A DNA stretch of 64,000 nucleotides from Escherichia coli. Lineage in GTDB: Bacteria; Pseudomonadota; Gammaproteobacteria; Enterobacterales; Enterobacteriaceae. The stretch lies in assembly GCF_003334815.1 (NCBI RefSeq), contig NZ_QOWO01000004.1, one strand, 5' to 3'. Of the stretch, positions 29,482 to 39,930 are shown piece by piece. The notes beneath the pieces were generated by a model, which saw nothing but the letters and a program-made list of their open reading frames with translations, did not search any database and had not been told where the DNA came from. Every line of letters begins with the position of its first letter. Position 1 is the stretch's first letter. The translations under genes and the position numbers were made by a program.

Positions 29482-30417
29482 TTACTTAAACCATCCAATA
29501 ATAAACAAAACTTTAAAAAGCACATCATCAATGAACTTAACTCTTTTTACATGCCCGGAAAAAACATATCTCAATCTTTTCACAAGGCTTGCTTGAGACT
29601 CTACAAAACCATGACTTATTTCGTATCCTGCTTCTTTCTTATGCATTAAACAATATATGGAGACTAAATCCATTTGAAGCGATAGCAAATGCCTTCCATT
29701 TGACTTATATTTTTTGATCTGTTTAAATCTATTACACAGAATGTTCTTAAGACCAGACTTTATACCTACAACATTATTATCATGCTGCCTATAACTTAGG
29801 TAGCTATTATGGTCATATATTAGGTGGCCAAATGTTCTTGCCAATATTAAAAAAAACCAATCATGCATAACAATACGATTGGCAATATTGACTTCATTAA
29901 TATCCAAGTATAATTTACGTAAAGATTGGTTAAAGACAAAAGTACAACCTGGAGCACAATTCTCAATCAAAATATTGTTTAAAGAAAAATCACTCTGAGA
30001 ATTATAACGACCAATATGATTTAACTCTTTGTCAACATAGTTATATGAGGAGCAATATCCTATTGCTATATCTTGCTTATATTTAATAATCTCAGTTGTA
30101 GCTGCAATCAATTTAAGAGGTTCCCATATATCATCCTGATCGCAAAAAGCGTAATAGTCATAGTCTCCAACATTCTCAACCAACCACAAAAAACTGGCTA
30201 TGACACCAATGTTATCACCCTCATACAAAAATATAGAATCATCCTTTGATATATACTCTTTAATAATTTCACATGTTGAATCAACTGAACCATCATCTCT
30301 TATATGAATATGTAAATCGAAATCTCTATAGCATTTTGTTATTGAGTCCAATTGTTCGCTAATATACTTCTCCCCATTATAACTCGATAATAAAACAGCC
30401 ATGCTTTTTAATTTCAT
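29482..30417 (-). CDS. glycosyltransferase, GT2 family (rhamnosyltransferase-like)
   Basis: N-terminal AVLLSSYNGEKYI...DDGS motif of GT-A enzymes; start placed at the ATG (MKLKSMAVLL) downstream of the tool GTG start. Confidence 0.75.
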   Translation of the reverse strand: MKLKSMAVLLSSYNGEKYISEQLDSITKCYRDFDLHIHIRDDGSVDSTCEIIKEYISKDDSIFLYEGDNIGVIASFLWLVENVGDYDYYAFCDQDDIWEPLKLIAATTEIIKYKQDIAIGYCSSYNYVDKELNHIGRYNSQSDFSLNNILIENCAPGCTFVFNQSLRKLYLDINEVNIANRIVMHDWFFLILARTFGHLIYDHNSYLSYRQHDNNVVGIKSGLKNILCNRFKQIKKYKSNGRHLLSLQMDLVSIYCLMHKKEAGYEISHGFVESQASLVKRLRYVFSGHVKRVKFIDDVLFKVLFIIGWFK

Positions 30418-30483
30418 TTTCCCCACATTATTAATCCCGATTTTGATTTATATACATTAATAGCGCCAAACAATAGCCATAAT

Positions 30484-30595
30484 CGCATATAGCATATAGC
30501 ATATAGCATATAGCATATAGCATATAGCATATAGCATATAGCATATAGCATATAGCATATAGCATATAGCATATAGCATATAGCATATAGCATAT
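30484..30595. repeat. perfect heptanucleotide tandem repeat (AGCATAT), 15 perfect units plus 1 imperfect
   Basis: Counted directly: units begin at 30491 and recur every 7 nt to 30595; lies between the wzy stop (30604-30606) and the downstream GT2 start (30417). Confidence 0.95.
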
Positions 30596-30603
30596 TATTA
30601 TGC

Positions 30604-31647
30604 TTACAATGTCGAATACTCATTTAAAATCTGAAGGTGATATATATTAATATAAAACATAATAAAGCATATTCCTATAACCGCTAGTTTTGCAAACTTT
30701 ATTTGTCTAAAAAGAAGGGGCAAGGATGGTAGTAGAATTATTTCACTAATGGCAAAAAACTCACTAATGCGCAAAGAGAATACTGGCATGGAAGATAATA
30801 TAATAAAAGCAAGCGGAGATAATGAATAAATTTTAATAATAAGCACCTGTTCACGAGGTAAGATTCTTTTCCGTGAAAAAACAAAAGATAATCCAACTAT
30901 AAATAAATGCAATATTTGCATTACAGAAAAAATATTGACAGGAACAAAGTCAGCACCTTGACTTTGGCTAATATAGTCATTAAATTTATATTGTACATAA
31001 GAAGAAGGAATATATTTGAATAATGTTAAGAAATTTATACCGATATAAGAACAACAATATGCCACAATTAATGTCAAATAATAAATAAAGATATATCTTG
31101 AGCTAACTGCATTAGTATCAAATGCGAGAACAATAAAAAACAGCAACGCAGTAATATGAAATGTTGATGCGAGCAAAATCAACATCACAAAACTTATGAT
31201 ATTTTTGTTTTTTGCATATTGTAACACTGAATATAATACTATGGCCCCCGCAACTCCAGCTCGAATCTGAGTCAGATCTTGCAGTATAAATGTATTTGAG
31301 TAATACACAAGTACAGATAGCAGTAAAAATGGTGAGGATTTTTTAATTATATTATATTTTAAGGAGACAGATATCAGCGCAAAAACAATAAAAACAAAAT
31401 AATATCCATTAAATATATTAACAGCAATAAAACTTATTAATTTAAATGATGGCTCTATTGGATAAAATAAGTTATTTGCTGACTCAAAAATTAGCGTAAT
31501 ATAGTTTGTATAATCCCTATCGACAAACTCGCTTCGGAATGCACACATTAAAAGTAAAAAAAACATTATTACTTTTAACACATATTTCTGATTCGGCAGA
31601 AAAGATAGAATAGAAATGCATATAAATATCGTGAGGTATAAAAACAT
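30604..31647 (-). CDS. wzy: O-antigen polymerase Wzy (EpsG-like), 347 aa
   Basis: Highly hydrophobic polytopic protein with about 10 TM segments and no glycosyltransferase motifs, inside an O-antigen cluster. Confidence 0.75.
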   Translation of the reverse strand: MFLYLTIFICISILSFLPNQKYVLKVIMFFLLLMCAFRSEFVDRDYTNYITLIFESANNLFYPIEPSFKLISFIAVNIFNGYYFVFIVFALISVSLKYNIIKKSSPFLLLSVLVYYSNTFILQDLTQIRAGVAGAIVLYSVLQYAKNKNIISFVMLILLASTFHITALLFFIVLAFDTNAVSSRYIFIYYLTLIVAYCCSYIGINFLTLFKYIPSSYVQYKFNDYISQSQGADFVPVNIFSVMQILHLFIVGLSFVFSRKRILPREQVLIIKIYSLSPLAFIILSSMPVFSLRISEFFAISEIILLPSLPLLFRQIKFAKLAVIGICFIMFYINIYHLQILNEYSTL

Positions 31648-31725
31648 TACAATCTCATTTCATGATTAGGTTAAATGGCCATTATAAATTAATGTTTAGT
31701 TTAGTTAACTTTACCAATACGTTTA

Positions 31726-32646
31726 TCAAGAATTTGAGAAGTAACCTTTTCCCATTTTACCTACAACACCATCTTTTATTGCAGTCGCTAACAGCTTGAT
31801 TTTTTTTAACTTTGAAGAAGAATTAAGAGTATGGACAACAATAAATAACGGTAACCGGGTAAATAAATACAATCGATGATTAAATGAAAGTTTATCTTTC
31901 AGAATCAGATAAATTGAATTCCTGACTATAAAATAATGCCTAAAATCACTATGCATTATCACATTTTTACCCAATACTCGTTTTGCTTCATTTCCAATAT
32001 TGTGCATCATGACAATATCAGGTATAATATAAGATTGTAATCCCATCTTCTTCGCGCGTTCGCACCATTCGATATCAACGAAATCTATAAACAACTCCTC
32101 ATCCATAAGCCCGATTTTTTGCAGTACCTCCATTCGAATCAAGCTCCCTGAAGAAATTAGAAAATCTGTTTCAAGTGGATGAACACTATGACACAGCTTG
32201 ATTTTATAAAATGGTCTAATATGAATTGCACCTGTTATCTTTCCAGTTTTTTCATCCTTAAAGGCCGGACCTAAAACAGCAACTTGTTTTCCACTATTTA
32301 GAAGTACACGCTCATTAATTAGCAATGTTTTAATCATTTCTTCCGGAACGATACTGTCTTGATCCAAAAATAAAATATGAGATGCTTTCGATTTTTTGGC
32401 ATAATGAATTCCAATGTTCTGAGCTTTTGCAATGCCTAGATTGTAATTTAGTCGATAATGTTCAATTTTTTCTCCATACGACTCAAACTCAGAATCAGGT
32501 ATTTTTAAATTAGACTCATCTGTGTTGTCGATAAGAATAACCTTGTCTACTTGCATAATTATACTTTTCAGTAATCCATGTATGCGTACAATTTCAGGTC
32601 TGAAAAGGACCACTACTGCAATAATACATTTATCTTGTTCTGTCAT
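31726..32646 (-). CDS. glycosyltransferase, GT2 family (306 aa)
   Basis: GT-A fold signatures including an FLDQDS motif; likely rhamnosyltransferase type. Confidence 0.75.
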   Translation of the reverse strand: MTEQDKCIIAVVVLFRPEIVRIHGLLKSIIMQVDKVILIDNTDESNLKIPDSEFESYGEKIEHYRLNYNLGIAKAQNIGIHYAKKSKASHILFLDQDSIVPEEMIKTLLINERVLLNSGKQVAVLGPAFKDEKTGKITGAIHIRPFYKIKLCHSVHPLETDFLISSGSLIRMEVLQKIGLMDEELFIDFVDIEWCERAKKMGLQSYIIPDIVMMHNIGNEAKRVLGKNVIMHSDFRHYFIVRNSIYLILKDKLSFNHRLYLFTRLPLFIVVHTLNSSSKLKKIKLLATAIKDGVVGKMGKGYFSNS

Positions 32647-32671
32647 GTTTTACCTCAGGGCAAGGTTACTA

Positions 32672-33762
32672 AAGCCCGCGCCCCGCAAGGACTGACGCGA
32701 GCTAGTCTCTGCCATAGATGTTCTTCTCATCTTACGTGTAAACTCTGTCTTAGATACTTTATGCTTCTTCAAAATATTAAGGCGATATGTCTTATGAATT
32801 ATGCCTGGATATAATTCTTATGCATTTCCTCTTCTTATTTTGCTGTCATCTTCATTCATTGCCACATCCAGACACCAGTGCAACTTACTCTCTTGGTGCC
32901 AGTGGTTTCGAATCGCTGATATAATATCTGACCGTCATTTCTGGCTCCTTCTTTTGTTCTGCTATTTTTTACCGAAAGTAGTCTGCCACGCAAAATTTTT
33001 TCAGTCCTTTTCATTCAAATGTGAAATCAATAATTTCATTAGGAATATCTAAACAATATGAAGACGGATTTTTTCTCTGTCGCGACTCTTTCAGTAATTA
33101 CGTAACTGTCATGCTTTGGATTACTTAATTCTTTCAGAAGAAAATTTACTCAAAGGCTTTATTAATCCGCCCCTGATTTCCTTTTACTGCGAATAAATAA
33201 TCGACTCCCTGTTTTTGTATCTTTTCTGCAAAATCATTCTGGCACCCCAGCGCATCAGTTGTAATAATTTTTTTTAATATCTAAATGTTAATTAGTTGAG
33301 GGATAGCTGTAATCTCAGTGGATTTCTCATCTGTCTTGATCTGTCAGAGAACAAGACTGAGCATTGTTGAGAACGCTCTAATGACATGAATCGCTTCTTT
33401 GCGGCGAGTTTTTTCATAAGAGTACCGGAGCGTTTTTCGAACTATAGCAATGACGTCTTTTTCATTTGACGAATGGAAATCCCTCATCCAGTTAATAATG
33501 CACTCGTGAAATTTTGCAGGAGTGATACATGATACAATTCTGGCAATGGTAACGAGAACAGGAATACCATTTTCTAAATCACTATATTACTTAAAAAAAC
33601 AAAATATGTCTCACCAAATCCTCTATATCTTCCGAACCTTCTGTACCAAAAATGACGACACAAATAGTCAACAGTAGTATATATGACAATTTATGTTTCC
33701 CTTTTCAGGCTTGTCTGTAATCGGGGATAATAGAAATATATTCCATCAATTTTTAGTACCAT
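32672..33762 (-). pseudogene. H-repeat (ISAs1-family) transposase, near full-length but inactivated by frameshifts and stops
   Basis: Minus-strand pieces in different frames match the ISAs1/H-rpt transposase along its length: N-terminal [18 protein letters not shown] and [32 protein letters not shown], middle [34 protein letters not shown]-terminal segment shared with 27893-28155. Confidence 0.75.
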
Positions 33763-33995
33763 TCTGCTCCCCTTATTTTAGCAAGAAGCATTTAAATATA
33801 TATAAGCTATGAAAAACAGTTTAAGTAATGAGGAACACCTCAATTATTGAGCATAAAATGCGAACTATTTACTACAAAAAAGCAGCGTTACGTGATCTTT
33901 CCCTGGGAGACGAACCATTATTTTTTCTATCGGAACTATAATCTTTAATATTTCAGAAAATAAGTTAATAGTCACAATAAGCCTTATATAATATA

Positions 33996-35069
33996 TCAAT
34001 TTTCAAATTCCGTATTGGCACCTTTAAAAATATTTATCAATATTACTTTGGATTCTTCGGTTTGAGATTGAAAATGTGCCAGCACTCTATAATTATTCTC
34101 AACTTTTGTGTATAATTCTTCCATTTTAAGAGGACTACAAAGCTCATCAACTTTAATAAATGAATAGCCTAACGAATTGAAATCACCTATATCAGGAGAT
34201 TTAACAACAGGAACAACACCACATTCAAGGTATTCAATTAATTTTGTCGGGCAGGCAACTCTATTTACAACTATGTCATCTCTTAAAACAAACCCCAAAT
34301 GACATTTAGCCATAACGTTAATTACATCCTCTTTTGGCAATGAATCAACTATTATATCAGTAGCATTAAAACAATTTGCAATTCTACTCTTGAATTCATA
34401 AGTTGAATTTTGTGGGAGAAAAAAATTGAATTTGATATTTTTATTATATGTCCGTTTACTTTCCTCTATCATCAAATCAATATTTTGCCAAGCTTGCATG
34501 CCGCCTGCATAAATGAATTCAAACATATTTGAATTCCATTTGTTCTGATCTACATGGATCTTGTTCTTTTCAAAAATCGGCAATACGATAGATCTTTTGT
34601 CCAAACAGATATGGTATTTATCTTCATAAAACTTTTTCATTGATGAAGTAACATGTATTAATTTAAAACACTTTTGTATTGACATCCTCTCGATTATGTT
34701 ATAAACGAATGCATTTGCTCTTTTACCAAGGAAAATCATTTCCTCAGGAACTACCCCGTGTATATCGAGAATGATCTTTTTATAATCACCAAAAGGAAAA
34801 ATTTTCAACATATTATATACTGAGTGAACATATATTATTGTAGCTTTCTTTAAATATTTAGTTATCGTTAGATTATGTAGAAAATAATTTAGGCTCTCTA
34901 CTTTGCAATTATCGTAAACAGAGATTTTTCTTTTTTTATTTTTTTTAAATGATATATTTAAATAAACCCTCTCCTCATTTTTTGTCAAAGAATCTATTGC
35001 AGCAATTCTTTGAAACATACCATCACGAACATTCTCTGCTGTCGGAAAATCTGCTATAAACAAAATCAT
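33996..35069 (-). CDS. glycosyltransferase (GT-B-like C-terminal domain), 357 aa
   Basis: C-terminal PTKLIEYLECGVVPVV resembles the nucleotide-sugar-binding region of GT4-type enzymes; directly downstream of the 2-epimerase gene. Confidence 0.6.
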   Translation of the reverse strand: MILFIADFPTAENVRDGMFQRIAAIDSLTKNEERVYLNISFKKNKKRKISVYDNCKVESLNYFLHNLTITKYLKKATIIYVHSVYNMLKIFPFGDYKKIILDIHGVVPEEMIFLGKRANAFVYNIIERMSIQKCFKLIHVTSSMKKFYEDKYHICLDKRSIVLPIFEKNKIHVDQNKWNSNMFEFIYAGGMQAWQNIDLMIEESKRTYNKNIKFNFFLPQNSTYEFKSRIANCFNATDIIVDSLPKEDVINVMAKCHLGFVLRDDIVVNRVACPTKLIEYLECGVVPVVKSPDIGDFNSLGYSFIKVDELCSPLKMEELYTKVENNYRVLAHFQSQTEESKVILINIFKGANTEFEN

Positions 35070-35134
35070 ATTACACCACTAATCATATTTCAATGCATTT
35101 ATTAAAATTGCTGATGATATTAATAATCAAAATA

Positions 35135-36271
35135 TTATTTGTTTAAATTATACCAATCAGCCATTATATCTATTATTCGTTTAGATGTTTGACCATCACC
35201 GTATGGATTAGAAGCAGTTGACATTTTTTCATATGCGCCTTTATCGGTCAGCAATAGGTCTAATTCATTAAATATTTTATTTTTATCAGTACCTACTAGT
35301 CTGACCGTACCAGCTGCAACAGCTTCCGGTCGCTCTGTAGTGTTTCTTGTAACTAGTACAGGTTTTCCTAAAGATGGTGCTTCTTCTTGTATACCACCGG
35401 AATCAGTCACAATGATATATGCCTTGTCCATTAAATAAACGAATTGCAAATACTCTAATGGTTCGATAAGGTAGATATTACTTATGCCGCTTAGTATGTC
35501 TTTTACCGGTTTCCGAACTGACGGATTAAGATGTACCGGATACACAAAATTATAATCTTTGAATTTCAATGCTGCGTCACGAATTGCGAAACATATATTA
35601 TCAAAACCAATCCCAAAGTTTTCTCTTCTATGACCTGTTATTAATACAATTCCATTAGCTTTGACATCGAATGGTAGAGTTTTCGCTATTTGTATCTGTA
35701 ATTCTGGCCGTGAACGGATTTTGCTAACAATTGCCATAAGTGCATCAATAACCGTATTACCGACAATATGAATATTTTGTTCAGCTACATTTTCTTTTAA
35801 CAAATTTAATTTTGAGGTCTCTGTTGGAGCAAAGTGCAAATCAGTGATAGCCGCCGTAAGTTTACGATTCCCTTCTTCTGGCCAAGGCGAGTATAAGTCT
35901 CCAGTACGGAGACCTGCTTCTACATGACCGATGCTTACTTGATTATAATATGCAGCAAGGGACGCAGCTAAAGTAGTTGTGGTATCCCCATGAACAAGAA
36001 TCATATCGGGTTTATCTGCTGAAAAGATCACATTTAGCTTGTATAAGATAATGCTAGTCAGCGATACAAGTGTTTGTCCCGGCTTCATTACATTTAAATC
36101 GTAGTCCGGTTTAATTTGGAAAAGTTCTAAAACTTGATCGAGCATTTCACGGTGCTGGCCCGTCACACAAACCTTGCAGCAAAATCTATTATCGCCCTTT
36201 AATTTTTCTATTAAGGGAGCCATTTTTATTGCTTCTGGTCGAGTACCAAATATTAAAAATATCTTTTTCAT
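35135..36271 (-). CDS. mnaA: UDP-N-acetylglucosamine 2-epimerase (non-hydrolysing; WecB/MnaA type), 378 aa
   Basis: MKKIFLIFGTRPEAIKMAPL N-terminus and ...HVEAGLRT... motif of the UDP-GlcNAc 2-epimerase family. Confidence 0.85.
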   Translation of the reverse strand: MKKIFLIFGTRPEAIKMAPLIEKLKGDNRFCCKVCVTGQHREMLDQVLELFQIKPDYDLNVMKPGQTLVSLTSIILYKLNVIFSADKPDMILVHGDTTTTLAASLAAYYNQVSIGHVEAGLRTGDLYSPWPEEGNRKLTAAITDLHFAPTETSKLNLLKENVAEQNIHIVGNTVIDALMAIVSKIRSRPELQIQIAKTLPFDVKANGIVLITGHRRENFGIGFDNICFAIRDAALKFKDYNFVYPVHLNPSVRKPVKDILSGISNIYLIEPLEYLQFVYLMDKAYIIVTDSGGIQEEAPSLGKPVLVTRNTTERPEAVAAGTVRLVGTDKNKIFNELDLLLTDKGAYEKMSTASNPYGDGQTSKRIIDIMADWYNLNK

Positions 36272-36282
36272 GTTGAATTTCT

Positions 36283-37560
36283 TTAAATAAGATGTTGATT
36301 TTTGACTTTACTTATATTACTTAGCAACAGTATGCATAAAAGTAGTTCTCCACTTGATATTGCTACCGCTGCACCATAGCCATTATATAAACCGGCAAGT
36401 AATAAAAGAAAAATTACCGTAAAAATAGCAGAATAAATGATACTGCAACTATACATTTTGGCACAACCTGCAGCACTCAGGATTTGAATACCAAGAACAT
36501 TATTTAGAACGCCAAGACACATCCATGGAGCCAATAAGAAGGCAAAAGCCAGAGTTTCTTGTGGTAAATTTACTCTAGGATATATGATCCACCATGCAAG
36601 TATAAAAATCAAACTCACGATCAGACCTAATAGAACTAAGGGACGTCCAGTGCGGATAGCTGACGACATGCCGACATCAAATGATTCCTTAAACTTCCTA
36701 CAACTATGCGGATAAAGTGACTGCGTCAATGGCGAAAATAATGAAACTATAGCTTTAGCTATTCGCTCTACGACTGCATAAATACCTACAACAGATGGTG
36801 TATGGTATATACCAAGAATAAAAACAGCACTGTTTGTTAGCAGTGTTGAGGCAAGTGTTGCTAAAAAATAATCCCATCCTTCCTTAAGGGATACCATCAT
36901 AAATTTTATAGTAGGTAGCATAAAATTTATATATTTTTTTTGAATGATATATATATTAGCATAAACTCCACCAATAAGCACTGGAAACGCTTGGGATAAA
37001 ATAGCAGTACTAATATCACTTTCATTACGAACGAAATATAATACACAGATACATGAGATTATTCGAGATAATATATTAATGACAGCAACTATTTTTAGTT
37101 TTTCTATCCCCTGATAGAACCATAAAGGGTACATCGAATTAGAAAATGCCCATATGAAGGCACTTACAATTATCGTATAATAATTGCTATCATTAACAAA
37201 GACCCTGCATACAATATCTATAATACTAAATAGCAGAAATGTTAAAACAAATTTAACAAAATTAATTGCATAGTATATACGTGATATTTGACAAATATTA
37301 TCTCTACTTTGAGATATAGCTCGACTGGCACTGTAAGCAAATCCATAATCAATGACAACCTGGAAATACGCCATCAATACCAATGCAAATGCATATTTAC
37401 CAAAGCCATCAATGCCCAAGGTTGTTATAAGATGACCTAGCACGATAATTGGTGAAAGATACGCAACACCTTGTGTGCAAAGTAAATATCCAGCATTATA
37501 TATTACATTTTTGTATTCTTTATTTATCAACAAAGAAACCTCTTGCTTAATTTTACTCAC
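36283..37560 (-). CDS. wzx: O-unit flippase Wzx (MOP superfamily), 425 aa
   Basis: About 12 predicted TM segments; position immediately after rmlC. Confidence 0.8.
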   Translation of the reverse strand: MSKIKQEVSLLINKEYKNVIYNAGYLLCTQGVAYLSPIIVLGHLITTLGIDGFGKYAFALVLMAYFQVVIDYGFAYSASRAISQSRDNICQISRIYYAINFVKFVLTFLLFSIIDIVCRVFVNDSNYYTIIVSAFIWAFSNSMYPLWFYQGIEKLKIVAVINILSRIISCICVLYFVRNESDISTAILSQAFPVLIGGVYANIYIIQKKYINFMLPTIKFMMVSLKEGWDYFLATLASTLLTNSAVFILGIYHTPSVVGIYAVVERIAKAIVSLFSPLTQSLYPHSCRKFKESFDVGMSSAIRTGRPLVLLGLIVSLIFILAWWIIYPRVNLPQETLAFAFLLAPWMCLGVLNNVLGIQILSAAGCAKMYSCSIIYSAIFTVIFLLLLAGLYNGYGAAVAISSGELLLCILLLSNISKVKNQHLI

Positions 37561-38090
37561 CTGTAAAGAAATGGTTGCTTAGAGTCTTTCTCTGATACAA
37601 TAGGCTCATTAATTAGTGGCCAATCTATTTTTATATCTGGATCATGCCAGGCCAAACCACGATCACTGGTTGGAGCATAATAATTCGTCGTCTTATACAA
37701 AAACTCTGCCGTTTCACTCAGCACCAAAAACCCATGCGCAAATCCTTCTGGTATCCACAACTGGCGCTTATTCTCAGCAGATAAATTCACCCCAACCCAT
37801 TTGCCAAAAGTTGGTGACGATTTACGAATATCAACCGCTACGTCAAAAACTTCACCAACAACGCAGCGCACCAACTTTCCTTGTGCATAAGGTTCTAACT
37901 GATAATGCAGTCCGCGTAAAACACCTTTACAAGACTTCGAATGGTTATCCTGGACAAATTCAACTTTGCGGCCTACAGCTTCCTCAAAAACCTTCTGGTT
38001 AAAGCTCTCGAAAAAGAAACCGCGCTCGTCACCAAAAACTTTCGGTTCGAAAATTAATACGTCTGGAATCTCTGTTTTAATTACGTTCAT
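37557..38090 (-). CDS. rmlC: dTDP-4-dehydrorhamnose 3,5-epimerase
   Basis: Cupin-fold RmlC motifs (RGLHYQ, WIPEGFAHGF). Confidence 0.9.
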   Translation of the reverse strand: MNVIKTEIPDVLIFEPKVFGDERGFFFESFNQKVFEEAVGRKVEFVQDNHSKSCKGVLRGLHYQLEPYAQGKLVRCVVGEVFDVAVDIRKSSPTFGKWVGVNLSAENKRQLWIPEGFAHGFLVLSETAEFLYKTTNYYAPTSDRGLAWHDPDIKIDWPLINEPIVSEKDSKQPFLYR

Positions 38091-38094
38091 TTTA

Positions 38095-38973
38095 TTAATA
38101 ACCTTTAATCATTTTTAGCAGGTACTGACCATAAGCATTTTTCTTCAACGGTTCAGCTAATATTTTCACCTGCTCAGCATTGATAAACCCTTTACGGTAA
38201 GCAATTTCTTCTGGACAGGAAACTTTCAACCCTTGACGCTCTTCAATTGTAGCAATGAAGTTGCTTGCCTCAATCAGGCTTTGATGTGTCCCCGTGTCTA
38301 ACCATGCATATCCACGTCCCATCATGGCAACAGATAAACGCCCTTGTTCCATGTAGATACGGTTAATATCGGTAATTTCCAGTTCACCGCGGGCAGAAGG
38401 CTTAAGATTTTTCGCCATTTCTACAACGTCGTTATCATAGAAATAAAGCCCAGTTACCGCATAATTACTTTTTGGCTGTAGCGGTTTTTCTTCCAGGCTA
38501 ATTGCCGTACCGTTTTTATCAAACTCAACGACACCATAGCGTTCAGGATCATTAACGTGATAGGCAAACACCGTTGCACCACTTTCTTTGTTAACAGCGG
38601 CATCCATTAACTTCGGCAGATCGTGACCGTAAAAAATATTATCACCAAGAACCAAAGCACAATCATCACCACCGATAAATTCTTCACCGATGATAAATGC
38701 TTGCGCAAGACCATCTGGACTTGGTTGCACTTTGTACTGAAGATTCAGGCCCCACTGGCTCCCGTCACCCAACAGTTGTTGAAAACGAGGAGTATCCTGT
38801 GGCGTACTTATAATTAGAATATCGCGAATACCCGCCAACATCAGTGTAGAGAGCGGATAATAGATCATCGGTTTATCATAAATAGGTAATAGCTGTTTAC
38901 TGACAGCCATAGTCACAGGATAAAGACGTGTACCAGAACCACCCGCTAAAATAATACCTTTACGCGTTTTCAT
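38095..38973 (-). CDS. rmlA: glucose-1-phosphate thymidylyltransferase
   Basis: [14 protein letters not shown] nucleotidyltransferase motif; 292 aa. Confidence 0.95.
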   Translation of the reverse strand: MKTRKGIILAGGSGTRLYPVTMAVSKQLLPIYDKPMIYYPLSTLMLAGIRDILIISTPQDTPRFQQLLGDGSQWGLNLQYKVQPSPDGLAQAFIIGEEFIGGDDCALVLGDNIFYGHDLPKLMDAAVNKESGATVFAYHVNDPERYGVVEFDKNGTAISLEEKPLQPKSNYAVTGLYFYDNDVVEMAKNLKPSARGELEITDINRIYMEQGRLSVAMMGRGYAWLDTGTHQSLIEASNFIATIEERQGLKVSCPEEIAYRKGFINAEQVKILAEPLKKNAYGQYLLKMIKGY

Positions 38974-39030
38974 TCCATCATTCCTTTTAATTCATCTTGT
39001 TCCACCATCACGAACAAGATACAAAAACTA

Positions 39031-39930
39031 TTAAATTGCTGTAGTCGTAAATAATTCGTTGAGCATGCGTTTCACACCAACCTGCCAGTCAGGCAAAACA
39101 AGCGCAAAGTTCTGCTGAAATTTTTCTGTATTAAGGCGAGAGTTATGCGGACGACGAGCTGGTGTAGGATAGGCTGTTGTTGATACTGCGTTGAGCTTGT
39201 TGAGTGCAAGGGGAATGCCTGCTTTGCGCGCCTCTTCAAAAACCAGCGCAGCATAATCGTGCCAGGTTGTGGTACCACTGGCTACCAGATGGTACAAGCC
39301 TGCGACTTCTGGTTTATTCAGTGCCACACGAATTGCATGTGCCGTACAATCAGCCAGCAGTTCAGCACCTGTTGGCGCACCAAACTGATCATTAATAACG
39401 GCTAATTCTTCACGCTCTTTTGCCAGACGCAACATCGTTTTGGCGAAGTTATTTCCTTTACCTGCATAGACCCAGCTGGTACGGAAAATTAGGTGCTTCG
39501 CACAATGCTCTTGTAATGCTTTTTCTCCAGCTAACTTGGTTTCACCGTAAACATTTAGCGGTGCGGTTGCATCCGCCTCCTGCCATGGTATTTCACCGGT
39601 CCCCGGAAATACGTAGTCAGTTGAGTAATGAATTACCCAGGCCCCAACTTCATTAGCCGCTTTTGCAATTGATTCAACGCTGGTCGCATTGAGTAATTGT
39701 GCAAATTCGGGTTCTGACTCAGCCTTATCTACTGCGGTATGAGCCGCAGCATTAACAATAACATCAGGGCGAATTTTTTTGACGGTTTCAGCTACACCTT
39801 CAGGATTACTAAAATCACCACAATAATCAGTGGAGTGAACATCAAGAGCAATCAAATTACCCAAAGGTGCCAGAGCACGCTGTAGTTCCCAACCGACCTG
39901 CCCTGTTTTGCCGAAAAGGAGAATATTCAT
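39031..39930 (-). CDS. rmlD: dTDP-4-dehydrorhamnose reductase
   Basis: 299 aa short-chain reductase; [13 protein letters not shown]. Confidence 0.95.
   Translation of the reverse strand: MNILLFGKTGQVGWELQRALAPLGNLIALDVHSTDYCGDFSNPEGVAETVKKIRPDVIVNAAAHTAVDKAESEPEFAQLLNATSVESIAKAANEVGAWVIHYSTDYVFPGTGEIPWQEADATAPLNVYGETKLAGEKALQEHCAKHLIFRTSWVYAGKGNNFAKTMLRLAKEREELAVINDQFGAPTGAELLADCTAHAIRVALNKPEVAGLYHLVASGTTTWHDYAALVFEEARKAGIPLALNKLNAVSTTAYPTPARRPHNSRLNTEKFQQNFALVLPDWQVGVKRMLNELFTTTAI

Noticed and set aside
30484-30595. Possible CRISPR array
   Set aside because: Units are 7 bp and directly abutting, with no spacers; there are no cas genes anywhere in the window.
30414-30623. 69-aa ORF with a repeated MLYAICY peptide
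   Set aside because: It is simply the translation of the heptanucleotide tandem repeat (three units per seven codons); no start context, so not a gene.
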